Shown here piece after piece: positions 40,688 to 50,317 of a DNA stretch of 64,000 bases. Location: NCBI GenBank assembly GCA_035390665.1, contig DAOOUC010000003.1, positions 10,742 to 74,741 of the forward strand, in the 5' to 3' direction. Every line of letters begins with the position of its first letter. The first letter of the stretch is position 1. The notes beneath the pieces are model-generated. The model worked only from the letters and a program-made list of their open reading frames with translations. It had not been told where the DNA came from and ran no database searches. The translations under genes were made by a program, and so were the position numbers. This DNA comes from an archaeon. Lineage in GTDB: Archaea; Iainarchaeota; Iainarchaeia; Iainarchaeales; CSSED10-239.

Positions 40688-42484
40688 TTAATTAGGAGAA
40701 TATAATAATCCTTCAACTTTTGTTGGTGTTTCAATTACTGGATCTCCTGAATCAACACCTAATTTTCCTTTGTCATTGCTTCCCCAACAATAAAGTTCTT
40801 TTATTTTTCCACTCCCTGGATCAACAATTGAACAAGTAAAATTATATCCTAAAGAAGTGTTTGTTTGATTAATCATATTTTTCATTGATTCTGGGACATT
40901 ATGTGAAAGTTCATCTTTTGATTCTAGTCCTAATTGCCCAAGGTTATTACTTCCCCAGCAACTTTGTGTAAATCCTTCTTTCCCATAAATTGCACAACTG
41001 TGAGTTTTTCCAACATCTAACATTTGAATATTTGTTAAACCAACAACAGGGACAAATACTGGAATATTTAAATCTCCTGCTCCAGAACCAAGTTTCCCGA
41101 ATTCATTATTTCCTGCACAAAATGCAGAGTTATTTTCTTGAATAAATAAACAAGAATGGTTATCTCCAACAGATACTCTCATGGATATTGGAGCATTTAT
41201 TTGTACTGGACTTAGTTGTGAAATAGTATCTTCAGTTCCTAATTGCCCAAAAGTATTATCTCCCCAACACATAACCTTCCCATCGGTTAATACTGCACAA
41301 GCATGAGTAATTCCTATATCAACACTTATAACATCTGATAAAACAAAAGTTGGAGAATCTTTATGATCTTTATCTCCAACTCCTAATTGTCCATAAGAAT
41401 TATCACCCCAACAATATAATTTATTTGCAGAATCAATAGCACAAGAAGAGTTTCCTCCAACAGCTATACTAGTCACTTCTCCAAATTCAGGAATAACTAC
41501 TGGTATTAAACTCAAACTTTCTGGAGTTTCAAAACCAAGTTGTCCATAAGAATTATCACCCCAACACATTACATCTTTTGTGTCTAATAATGCACAAGAA
41601 TGAGAAAATCCAATACTTACTTGTATTGCAGTATTAATCTCTAAAACTAAAACTGGTTTATTACTTAAGTCATTAGTTCCGTTTCCAAGTTGGCCTTTTT
41701 CATTATTTCCCCAACAATTAATTTTACCCCCCTCTAACAAAACACAAGCATGATTTTCTCCTAAGGATAACTGTAATGGTTCATCTATTAAATAATTGTA
41801 AGTAATAATATCACTATCTATATAATTTTCTTTTATTGCAATTAATTTTAAGGTAGTATCTTCTTGAATTAATATTGCACTACCATTATATTGATTACTT
41901 GTTTCAGAATCGGGGTTTGTCCCATCTGTTGTATAATAAATCATATCATTTTCATTATCTGGAGTCAAAGTAATTTCTGTATTTAATGGAAGATATCCTG
42001 AATCTAAAGAGGCGCTAGGATTTCCGACTTTTGGCTTTGTTTGTGGAGCTTTTGTAATAGTAGGTAAAGAAAAATAATTAGTTGAATTGTTTAAAACTAT
42101 AGAAACCTTTGTTCCGGTCAATACTGTATCTATTGGAATAATAACCGATGCTCCTGTTATTATCTCAATTTCAGAATCCAAAGTTATTTCTTCTGTATTT
42201 CCTTCATTGTCTGAAATTGTGTATCCTGTTATTGTTACATTATTTGGCCCTAAATTTTTAATATTTAAATTACCTGTTTTTTCTATTGTTGCAGCTACAA
42301 AAGAATTTACTACAATTTGATTTTCTATATATTTCTTAGTATCTAAAATTCCATCTGTTTTGTCTAAACTTTTATTTGTAAATTGATTTCCCCAACTTAA
42401 AATTGCAACAGTAATTATTGTTGCAACAACAACTAATAATATTACTGTTATAAGCGTTGACACAGCTTTAAATTTATTTTTCAT
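40688..42484 (-). CDS. Pilin-like (class III signal peptide) surface protein with RCC1-repeat beta-propeller
   Basis: N-term KAVSTLITVILLVVVATIIT. At least six repeats of the type CWG(D/N)N..GQLG (RCC1 signature), e.g. CWGDNSYGQLG, CWGNNEKGQLG, CWGSNNLGQLG. Confidence 0.65.
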   Translation of the reverse strand: MKNKFKAVSTLITVILLVVVATIITVAILSWGNQFTNKSLDKTDGILDTKKYIENQIVVNSFVAATIEKTGNLNIKNLGPNNVTITGYTISDNEGNTEEITLDSEIEIITGASVIIPIDTVLTGTKVSIVLNNSTNYFSLPTITKAPQTKPKVGNPSASLDSGYLPLNTEITLTPDNENDMIYYTTDGTNPDSETSNQYNGSAILIQEDTTLKLIAIKENYIDSDIITYNYLIDEPLQLSLGENHACVLLEGGKINCWGNNEKGQLGNGTNDLSNKPVLVLEINTAIQVSIGFSHSCALLDTKDVMCWGDNSYGQLGFETPESLSLIPVVIPEFGEVTSIAVGGNSSCAIDSANKLYCWGDNSYGQLGVGDKDHKDSPTFVLSDVISVDIGITHACAVLTDGKVMCWGDNTFGQLGTEDTISQLSPVQINAPISMRVSVGDNHSCLFIQENNSAFCAGNNEFGKLGSGAGDLNIPVFVPVVGLTNIQMLDVGKTHSCAIYGKEGFTQSCWGSNNLGQLGLESKDELSHNVPESMKNMINQTNTSLGYNFTCSIVDPGSGKIKELYCWGSNDKGKLGVDSGDPVIETPTKVEGLLYSPN

Positions 42485-42608
42485 ATTATTTATATCCTCT
42501 CAAACTATTCTTAAAATTAGAATCAATATTTATAAATTACCAAATTATTTAAATAGTTATTCTTTCTTTAATATATATTAACTTATTTTATAATGATGTG
42601 AATTTTTT

Positions 42609-43805
42609 ATGATTATTGGAATTGTTGGAAAACCTAATGTTGGAAAAACTACTTTTTTTAAAGCTTTAACTTTAATGGATGCTGAAGCAGCTAATTATCC
42701 ATTTACAACAATTGACCCAAACAAAGGTGTGGGTTTTGTTAGAAATAATTGTGTGGATACTTTCTTTAATACACAATGTAATCCAAGACACGGTTTTTGT
42801 AAAGAACACATTAGATTTTTACCTGTTGATATTATTGATGTTGCTGGTCTTGTTCCTGGGGCAAGCGAAGGAAGGGGTCTTGGAAATAAATTTTTGACTG
42901 ATCTTTATCAAGCACAAGTTTTAATTCAAGTAATCGATATTTCTGGAAGTACGGATGAAGAAGGTAGACCTGTTGCTCTTGGTTCTTACGACCCTGCTTT
43001 AGAAATTGCATTCCTATTGACAGAGATTGAAACTTGGTTATTTGGAATTTTTAAAAAAAATTTTGAAAAACTTGGTAGAGAACAACAAGTAAGAAAAATT
43101 AAAACACTTAAAACTCTTTTATCTTTTATGAGTGGTATGGGAATCTCTGAAGAAGTACTAGATCATTGTCTTAAATCTTTAAACTTACATGAAAAAGAAA
43201 TAATCTCTTGGTCTGATGAAGAATTAATGTTTTTTACAAAAAAGATAAGAGAAACAACTAAACCAATAGTTATTGCAGCAAATAAAATAGATATGCCTGG
43301 TTCTAAAGAAAGATTAGAAAAATTAAAAGAAAGATTTCCAAATCTTTTAATTGTTGGTTGTTCTGCAGAATCTGAACTGGCTTTAAAGACAGCAGATAAA
43401 AACAAAGTTGTTGATTATATTCCTGGTAATAATAATTTTAAAATATTAAAAGAAGACATTCCTGAAAAACAAAAAAAAGGATTAGAATTTGTTCAAAAAC
43501 AAATACTTGGTAATTTCGGTTCTACTGGCGTCCAAGAAATAATAGATAATTGCGCGTTTAATGTTTTAAAATATATAGCAATATATCCTGGTGGAACAAA
43601 AAGTCTAAAAGACAAAGATGGAAATGTTTTACCGGATTGTTTTTTAATGCCTCCTGGCACAACAACACTTGACTTTGCTTATAAACTTCATACAGACTTT
43701 GGGGATAACTTTATCAAAGCCATTGATGTAAAGACAAAGATGCTTCTTGGAAGAGAACATATTCTAAAGAATAACGATGTTATAGAAATAGTAAGTGGAA
43801 AATAA
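42609..43805 (+). CDS. Obg-like ATPase family GTPase with C-terminal TGS domain (YchF/Ola1- or Drg-like)
   Basis: MIIGIVGKPNVGKTTFF (G1), DVAGLV (G3), NKID (G4). C-terminal TGS-like ...IEIVSGK. Confidence 0.65.
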   Translation: MIIGIVGKPNVGKTTFFKALTLMDAEAANYPFTTIDPNKGVGFVRNNCVDTFFNTQCNPRHGFCKEHIRFLPVDIIDVAGLVPGASEGRGLGNKFLTDLYQAQVLIQVIDISGSTDEEGRPVALGSYDPALEIAFLLTEIETWLFGIFKKNFEKLGREQQVRKIKTLKTLLSFMSGMGISEEVLDHCLKSLNLHEKEIISWSDEELMFFTKKIRETTKPIVIAANKIDMPGSKERLEKLKERFPNLLIVGCSAESELALKTADKNKVVDYIPGNNNFKILKEDIPEKQKKGLEFVQKQILGNFGSTGVQEIIDNCAFNVLKYIAIYPGGTKSLKDKDGNVLPDCFLMPPGTTTLDFAYKLHTDFGDNFIKAIDVKTKMLLGREHILKNNDVIEIVSGK

Positions 43806-43811
43806 AAAAAA

Positions 43812-44399
43812 TTATTTAGCCACAGATCTTTTTGTTTTTGATATTATTGGTTTTATTTTCTTTTTTTCTATTTTTTGTCTTGGTTTTAATCCTACAAGTC
43901 TTTTTACCTTTCTTTGTAGTCTTTCTTTAGTATATGGTATTAATTTTTCTTTAAATTCTTGAATTATTTTATTTATATTTTCTATGTTTTTTCTTTGTAT
44001 ATTGTCATTAACATATCTATTCCAATCTTTATTAAATTCAGAAAGATTAGTTGAAAGAACTTTATTGTAAATACCAATTTCTCCGGTTTTAGTAGGAATA
44101 AAAGAATAAATATTCAAGTCTTTAGGATTAATAAAAAAATCCGCATCTCTTCCTATCGCATAATCTTTCTTAAGAACAAGAACTGGTGCTTTTTTTTCTT
44201 TAAAATTAGTTATTTTAACTTCTAATCTATTCTCTCTAATTGCTTCATAAAAATCTGCATAAAGCATATAATTACCTTTATATAATTCTAGATCTCTGTG
44301 TGTTGTGCCTTCTAGTTCTTTCCTTCTTATTCCTTCTTTTGATCTTCTTAATGAAGTTAATATTGATCCATTTAATAATCCACTTTTAATTTCTACCAT
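43812..44399 (-). CDS. Hypothetical basic protein, member of a 3-paralog family in this window
   Basis: EKKAPVLVLKKDYAIGRDADFFINPKDLNIYSFIPTKTGEIG. Tail ...SKTKRSVAK. Confidence 0.35.
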   Translation of the reverse strand: MVEIKSGLLNGSILTSLRRSKEGIRRKELEGTTHRDLELYKGNYMLYADFYEAIRENRLEVKITNFKEKKAPVLVLKKDYAIGRDADFFINPKDLNIYSFIPTKTGEIGIYNKVLSTNLSEFNKDWNRYVNDNIQRKNIENINKIIQEFKEKLIPYTKERLQRKVKRLVGLKPRQKIEKKKIKPIISKTKRSVAK

Positions 44400-44412
44400 T
44401 TTTTATCACGTT

Positions 44413-44871
44413 TTATTTTGCCATTGATCTTACTCTTCTTACCATTGGCCTTTTTGGTTTTATCTTGTGTTTTAATTCTCTGTGGGGTTTAAATTCTCTT
44501 GATTTAATTTTTTCTAGTTTTTTTGCTTTTAATCTTTCAATTATTTTACTTTTTGCATCTTCTGAAATTTTTTGAGAAATTTTATTTAATTCTTCTTTCA
44601 ATTTATCATTTTGAGTATTTTGTGTTTGATTAATATCTAAAACTTTTTCTACACTAATTATTTGTCCTAAAAAAGTTTTAACTTGATAAATAGAAAGATC
44701 ATTTAAAACAATAACTAATTTTCTATTAAAAGGATTTTTTTTAAGAACAAACACAGCTTTTTTTTCTCCATCTATTCTTAATACTCTTACAGCCCCTTCC
44801 TTATTTTTTAAAGCATTAAAAAAAGTCTCATAAATTTCTTGAGAGGCCATATTTTCAAACCTTAACGTCAT
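44413..44871 (-). CDS. Hypothetical basic protein, paralog of 43812-44399
   Basis: EKKAVFVLKKNPFNRKLVIVLNDLSIYQVKTFLGQI. Tail ...RRVRSMAK. Confidence 0.35.
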   Translation of the reverse strand: MTLRFENMASQEIYETFFNALKNKEGAVRVLRIDGEKKAVFVLKKNPFNRKLVIVLNDLSIYQVKTFLGQIISVEKVLDINQTQNTQNDKLKEELNKISQKISEDAKSKIIERLKAKKLEKIKSREFKPHRELKHKIKPKRPMVRRVRSMAK

Positions 44872-44882
44872 ATATTCTCTAT

Positions 44883-45575
44883 TTATTTCTTAAGACTTAA
44901 TCTTTCCCTTATTGTTTTTGGTCTAAAATCTCTTGTTTGTGGATCAATTGTATATCCTGGCATTGTTAAGTGTTTAACTTGGAATCCTAAAAACTCTCTT
45001 AAATTTTCTTCATATCTTATTTCTGCATTTTCTCCGGTTGGAATTATTTTTTCTGAAAGTGATCTAAATGATTGTTCTCCTGATTTTGAATCAAAATCGA
45101 TTTTCTTAAATTGACCAGTTATAAAATCTTGTGCCATTTTTGATAATCTAATTACTGTATACCCCATAACTTTGCCTGTTTTAATGTCTGTTACAGCAAT
45201 CGCAAAGTTAGTTAATCCATTTTTCTTATATGCATTTATTATACCCATTAAACTACTTCTTCTAGGTAGAGAATTTGGAATGTCTTTTGCTAATGGATCT
45301 CTTAAATTATCTTTAATTTGAACTAATGTTGAATTTCCAAATCTTTTTTTTGCATCTTCTTTTATTTTTTGATTAATTTTATCAATTTCTAAAAAATCTG
45401 TTTTAGATTTAAATCTATTAACTTCTTTTGAAACTTCATGCATTCTTTCCATCTTGCTTTTTGGAACTTTTAAGAATACGGCTGGATTATTATCTCCTAT
45501 TTTTCTTTTTTCTTTTACAATTTTTTCAATTCTTTTCTTAAATGTTACTGGTTTTGGTTTTGGCATTTTTATCAC
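44883..45575 (-). CDS. Hypothetical protein, first gene of the three-gene hypothetical operon downstream of leuS
   Basis: 230 aa ORF. Proline/lysine-rich N-terminus. Confidence 0.3.
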   Translation of the reverse strand: MIKMPKPKPVTFKKRIEKIVKEKRKIGDNNPAVFLKVPKSKMERMHEVSKEVNRFKSKTDFLEIDKINQKIKEDAKKRFGNSTLVQIKDNLRDPLAKDIPNSLPRRSSLMGIINAYKKNGLTNFAIAVTDIKTGKVMGYTVIRLSKMAQDFITGQFKKIDFDSKSGEQSFRSLSEKIIPTGENAEIRYEENLREFLGFQVKHLTMPGYTIDPQTRDFRPKTIRERLSLKK

Positions 45576-45641
45576 TTTTTTTAATTTTTTATCCTTTGAT
45601 TAATAATTATATTGCTAATAATTATGTTTATAAACTCTACT

Positions 45642-48500
45642 TTATTCTACTAAAATTCCTACTTTTCCTGGAAGTGCTGTTTTTGCTTTTGGATGGCCAC
45701 TGCTTTCTGCTTTTATAATCTCAACATTACATTCTAAAGTTTTTGAGAAGAAATCTCTTGCAAACATATACATTGTAAATTCCTTGTTTTGATTTTCAGG
45801 AACAGATAGCATTGCGGGATTTTTGATTGCTGAAGTTATTGTTTTATTTACAAGTTCTTTATTGTCTTTGTATTTGTCCAAGAAATAATGCATTAGTTCT
45901 TTTACATTTCTGTTTTGTTTAATTTCAATTTCTTCTTTTAGTTCTTTAAATAGTAAATAATTACTTTCTGGAGATATAAACAATGTTACTTTGTTTGGTT
46001 TTTCAACACCAGACATCTTTATTATATTTCTTATATCCCCTACCATTTTTTCAATTCTTTTTTCGTCTTCTATTATTTCTGTGTTAATCTTTTTAAGATT
46101 TATTTTTGGAAAAGAGGATACAGAAACTAATTCTTTAACACTTATTTTTTCATTTAATTCTTCTGATAAATGTGGAGTAAATAGCCCCATAGTCAATATC
46201 CATTCTTTAAGAACAGAAATTAAAATTTCTTTATTATTTCCTCCTCTATTTCTATACCAAGAGATATCGTTATAGAAATTAAAATAAATCTCATCTGTTG
46301 CATTCTTGAATTCAATTATTTCCATATTCTCTGTAATTGACTTTAATCTTGTTTGCCACATTGATTCTAACCAAGAGTCAAGTCTTGTGTCTTTGTTGTT
46401 TTCTTTTTCTTCTATTATTTCTTCTATTAAGTTATAAATCTTATCAAGTCTTTGCTTATAATTAATAAGGTCTTCTTTTTCAAAAGAAATATCTACAAAA
46501 GGATTAGCAATATTAGCATAGAAAAGTCTCATGGCATCCACTGAATAAGTCTTTGCTTCATCTCCTAGACTTCTAACTCCCCCTTTAGATTTAGATATTT
46601 TTCCTGATTTAGAAACAACCCACCAGTTTACAAATATTCCTTTAGGGTAATATTTTTCAGGCAAGATTCCAACGTGGTTCATTAAAAAAACAGGGAAGTG
46701 AACTGTTTGGTGTTCTTTTCCTCCGAGATTAATATCTAGAGGATACCAATATTCAACATCTTTTCTTATTCTTTCTACAATTGTTTTTTCAATTCCTGTG
46801 TCTTCTGCTTTTCCTTTTCCTAAATAAACATAGTCAAAGAATTGTTCTGTTAGTTGTTCTGTTTTTATTGTTCCGTCATTAACATATTTACTTACTAAGT
46901 AATAGATTGGATAAAGTGTGCTATCTGCAATAGGTTCAATTGTATAACTTTTATCAAATGGTAATTTTGTTCCAAGCCATCTCCCTTGTCTTGCACAAGC
47001 ACGTTTACCAAACCAATCAAGAATTCCTGGTAGATTTTGTTTGAATTGTTCAGGTAGAAGAGTCATTGTTTCTATATGCTTTTTTGTTTTCTCTGTTAAT
47101 TCTTTATTATCATAATCTATGAACCATTGATCTGGAACTTTTTTTATTACTACTTTTCCTCCACACCTACATACAACTTCTTCTGATAAGTCATAAAATA
47201 TATCTGCTTGCCCTTTAGAAATTAAATCTTCTTTCATTTTGTTTTTTGCATCTTCTACTTTCATTCCTTTGAATGCACCGCAACTATCCAAAAGAACACC
47301 TGTATGAAATCCTTTCTTGTAAACTTCTTTTTTTGCAAGTTCTAATTTTTCAATATCTGCTTGTGATTTAATACTATATTTCTCACAAATCTCAATTGCT
47401 GCAAATTCTCCAAAGTCTTTTGATTTAATTATTGGTATTGGTTTTATTTCTTTTATTCTTTCCCAATCTAAATTATACTTTTTACATTCACTTTCAGAAA
47501 CTTGAAGATCATGAAGCCCAATCCAATCTGCTGGAGCATCAGATGGAACAGAAGTAACAATTCCGGTACCCACTGTTGGGTCACAGAATTTTGATGGTAA
47601 TATTATTATCTCTCTATTAACATAAGGTGCAAGACAATATTTTCCAACTAATTCTTTTCCACTAATCTGTCCAACAATTTCAGATTTTTCTTCTTTTTGC
47701 CAAGCAATCTTTTCTGCAAATTCTTTACTAGCAACCCAAGTTTCTTCTCCAACTTTTATCTTAACATATTCTTGATTATAATCTAACCAAACATTTGTTT
47801 GTCCAAACATTGTTTCTGGCCTTAAAGTTGCAACAACAATATATTGTCCTGGTTTTTCATATTGTAATTTTATAATTGTATATTCGTTCTTTTCTGCCTT
47901 TCCACCTTTACTTAAATCCATTTCTGAAGGGTCGACTGCTACTGGCCCACAATTAACACAAACTGTTGCATAATATGGTGCTTGAATCAAAAGTCCTAAA
48001 TCTTTTAATTTCTTAAACTGCCATTCTATAAATTTATTATAATCTGGATAAGTAGTTACAGTAAATCTTTGCCAATCTCCGATAAAACCAAAATCTTTAT
48101 AGTCTTCTACATATTTTTTAGAAAAGAAATCAACAAAACCTTCTGGTGTTGATATTGTTTTTATGTCTTTGTCTGTTAAACCCATTTCTTTATAATAATT
48201 AATAGTTTCTGTGTCGTTTTCAGAAATCTTTTTTGCTTTTGCTACAGCTGAGTTTCCTGAAGCATGCCCTCCAGCAGGAAGTAAAACATTAAAACCATTC
48301 ATTCTTTTAAATCTTGCAATTGCATCAGCATAAGAAAAACCTCTCATATGTCCTACGTGATGAAATCCAGAAACAGTTAAGTATGCCCAGATAATAAAAT
48401 ATTTAGGTTTATTCTCAATAGGGTTTACTACACCAATTTTTTTTTCTTCCCATTTATTTTGCCATTTCTTCTCGGCTTTAGAAAAATCATAAGTACTCAT
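45642..48500 (-). CDS. leuS: Leucyl-tRNA synthetase, archaeal type
   Basis: HVGHMRGFSYADAIARFKRMNGFNV (HIGH region), KISKSKG (KMSKS), 952 aa, editing-domain insertion. Confidence 0.85.
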   Translation of the reverse strand: MSTYDFSKAEKKWQNKWEEKKIGVVNPIENKPKYFIIWAYLTVSGFHHVGHMRGFSYADAIARFKRMNGFNVLLPAGGHASGNSAVAKAKKISENDTETINYYKEMGLTDKDIKTISTPEGFVDFFSKKYVEDYKDFGFIGDWQRFTVTTYPDYNKFIEWQFKKLKDLGLLIQAPYYATVCVNCGPVAVDPSEMDLSKGGKAEKNEYTIIKLQYEKPGQYIVVATLRPETMFGQTNVWLDYNQEYVKIKVGEETWVASKEFAEKIAWQKEEKSEIVGQISGKELVGKYCLAPYVNREIIILPSKFCDPTVGTGIVTSVPSDAPADWIGLHDLQVSESECKKYNLDWERIKEIKPIPIIKSKDFGEFAAIEICEKYSIKSQADIEKLELAKKEVYKKGFHTGVLLDSCGAFKGMKVEDAKNKMKEDLISKGQADIFYDLSEEVVCRCGGKVVIKKVPDQWFIDYDNKELTEKTKKHIETMTLLPEQFKQNLPGILDWFGKRACARQGRWLGTKLPFDKSYTIEPIADSTLYPIYYLVSKYVNDGTIKTEQLTEQFFDYVYLGKGKAEDTGIEKTIVERIRKDVEYWYPLDINLGGKEHQTVHFPVFLMNHVGILPEKYYPKGIFVNWWVVSKSGKISKSKGGVRSLGDEAKTYSVDAMRLFYANIANPFVDISFEKEDLINYKQRLDKIYNLIEEIIEEKENNKDTRLDSWLESMWQTRLKSITENMEIIEFKNATDEIYFNFYNDISWYRNRGGNNKEILISVLKEWILTMGLFTPHLSEELNEKISVKELVSVSSFPKINLKKINTEIIEDEKRIEKMVGDIRNIIKMSGVEKPNKVTLFISPESNYLLFKELKEEIEIKQNRNVKELMHYFLDKYKDNKELVNKTITSAIKNPAMLSVPENQNKEFTMYMFARDFFSKTLECNVEIIKAESSGHPKAKTALPGKVGILVE

Positions 48501-48590
48501 TAGTAATCACTCTAAAATATAATATATAAATAAAGAGTAAAAATATATAAAAAGAAATTGTTTAGAAGAAAGAAAAGAAAAAATGTAACA

Positions 48591-49598
48591 TTAATGTACA
48601 TCAGAAAGATCTTTGTCTTTTCTACTGTATACAAATAATGCAAGAGCAACTATTGCTAATACTCCAAAAACAAGTATTCCCCATTTTGTTGGAGTCATTG
48701 TAATTAATGCGGTTGCTTTGCTTTTTAATATTCCTGCATCTTCTTTAAATTTTTGAGTTGATGTTAGATTGGAATCTCTTGATTCTTGTTCAGGGGTGCC
48801 AATTACTTCTTTTGTTTTTGGAATTGATGTATTAAAATTTGGATTTACTTTAACATATTCTTCTTGATTATTATATGCTTCTAATTCTTTTAATTCCTCA
48901 GAGTTTTCTGTATTTGATGTAGATATAGGCCCAAAGGTTTTTGATTGTTCTGTGTTTTCATTATTGAAAAATTCAGTATCTGTACTGTTCTTTAATTTTA
49001 TTGAATCTTTAAAAGAAAAAGTTGAATCAACTAAGGAAAAGGTTGGTGTTGTTACAAATAAAAAATATTTTGTGTTTGTTCCTGGAACTAAAACCATATC
49101 TAAAACTAATTTGTCTTTGTCTATATAATAATCCATTGTTTTTGTTCCTGAACATAAATTTAGTGTTTTTTCAGAATCAATTATTTCTATTCTGTTATTA
49201 TTATATTTCAATAACTCTCCATTTTCCTTAACACAATCAATATCTGTTAAGCCCTCTGAAATATATATTCCTAAATTTTTCATTTGTGTTAAATCTTCTA
49301 TTCCTAAACTTAATTCATATCTTCCTACAACAGAATAATCTAATTTATTTTCAAAATCATATCTATAAATAAAAGATTGCCCACTAACTATCTCTAAATT
49401 TGATTTGTCTCTGATTTGTATAGACTCTGGATTAATCTTAAAATCCGGATTTAATTTCATAGTAACAGGAGAATTAATACCAATTTCATATTCTTGTGAT
49501 TTTATGGTTAAATAATCGTCTGAATCTTCTGCAAAAACAAATCCGAATAATAATATTATTGAGAAAATAATTGTAATTTTTTTTATCATATTTATCAC
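48591..49598 (-). CDS. Secreted protein with N-terminal signal and C-terminal TM anchor plus basic tail
   Basis: N-term IIFSIILLFGFVFA. C-term Thr-rich linker ...TPTKWGILVFGVLAIVALALFVYSRKDKD. Confidence 0.4.
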   Translation of the reverse strand: MINMIKKITIIFSIILLFGFVFAEDSDDYLTIKSQEYEIGINSPVTMKLNPDFKINPESIQIRDKSNLEIVSGQSFIYRYDFENKLDYSVVGRYELSLGIEDLTQMKNLGIYISEGLTDIDCVKENGELLKYNNNRIEIIDSEKTLNLCSGTKTMDYYIDKDKLVLDMVLVPGTNTKYFLFVTTPTFSLVDSTFSFKDSIKLKNSTDTEFFNNENTEQSKTFGPISTSNTENSEELKELEAYNNQEEYVKVNPNFNTSIPKTKEVIGTPEQESRDSNLTSTQKFKEDAGILKSKATALITMTPTKWGILVFGVLAIVALALFVYSRKDKDLSDVH

Positions 49599-49673
49599 TT
49601 TTTACCTATTAATAATGTATACATATATATTACATATAGATATTTAAAACTAACTTTTAAGAAAAGCAAACAT

Positions 49674-50306
49674 TTAGCATTTATTCTTAAGAATTAAGAA
49701 AAATTTCTGTTTCTTAGGATTATCTTTATTATAGATGTATTCTTTAACAAAAAATCCAATTCTTTCAAAACTAGAGTTTAATATTTCTGTTGTGTTCTTT
49801 TCTGGAGGGTAATATTGAATTATTATTATTCCATTTTCTTTCAAAATAGATTTAATTGATTTTCCTATTTTTTTAATAAGATTTTTTATTTCTATTTCTT
49901 GCTTATTTGTAAGAATCCATTGTAGTGCTGAAATAGAAATAATTAAATCAAATTTTTTATTTATTATTTCTTTTGGAAGATTTTCGAAATCTCCAAGATA
50001 ACATTCAAATTTTTTGTATTTACAAATCTTTAACATTTCTTTTGCTGGATCTATTCCAATTAAGTTAATATAATGCCCTTGATTTTTTAAAAACTCTAAA
50101 GAAAAACCTGTTCCACAACCAATATCAAGTATAGAAATCTCTTTCGTTTTATTTTTAGTTTCTTCAAAATATAGTTGTAGAATAATATTTGTTAATTCTG
50201 TTTGTGTTTTTTTCATTCCAGAATTATTCTCGTATCTTTTTGTTTCTTCAAAAGTATAGAAATCATTAGGATTTTCATAATTTTGTTCTGGTTTTAATTC
50301 AGACAT
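49674..50306 (-). CDS. Class I SAM-dependent methyltransferase
   Basis: ILDIGCGTGFSLEFL motif I, then IGIDP acidic loop. Confidence 0.7.
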   Translation of the reverse strand: MSELKPEQNYENPNDFYTFEETKRYENNSGMKKTQTELTNIILQLYFEETKNKTKEISILDIGCGTGFSLEFLKNQGHYINLIGIDPAKEMLKICKYKKFECYLGDFENLPKEIINKKFDLIISISALQWILTNKQEIEIKNLIKKIGKSIKSILKENGIIIIQYYPPEKNTTEILNSSFERIGFFVKEYIYNKDNPKKQKFFLILKNKC

Positions 50307-50317
50307 ATTTATCCTAT

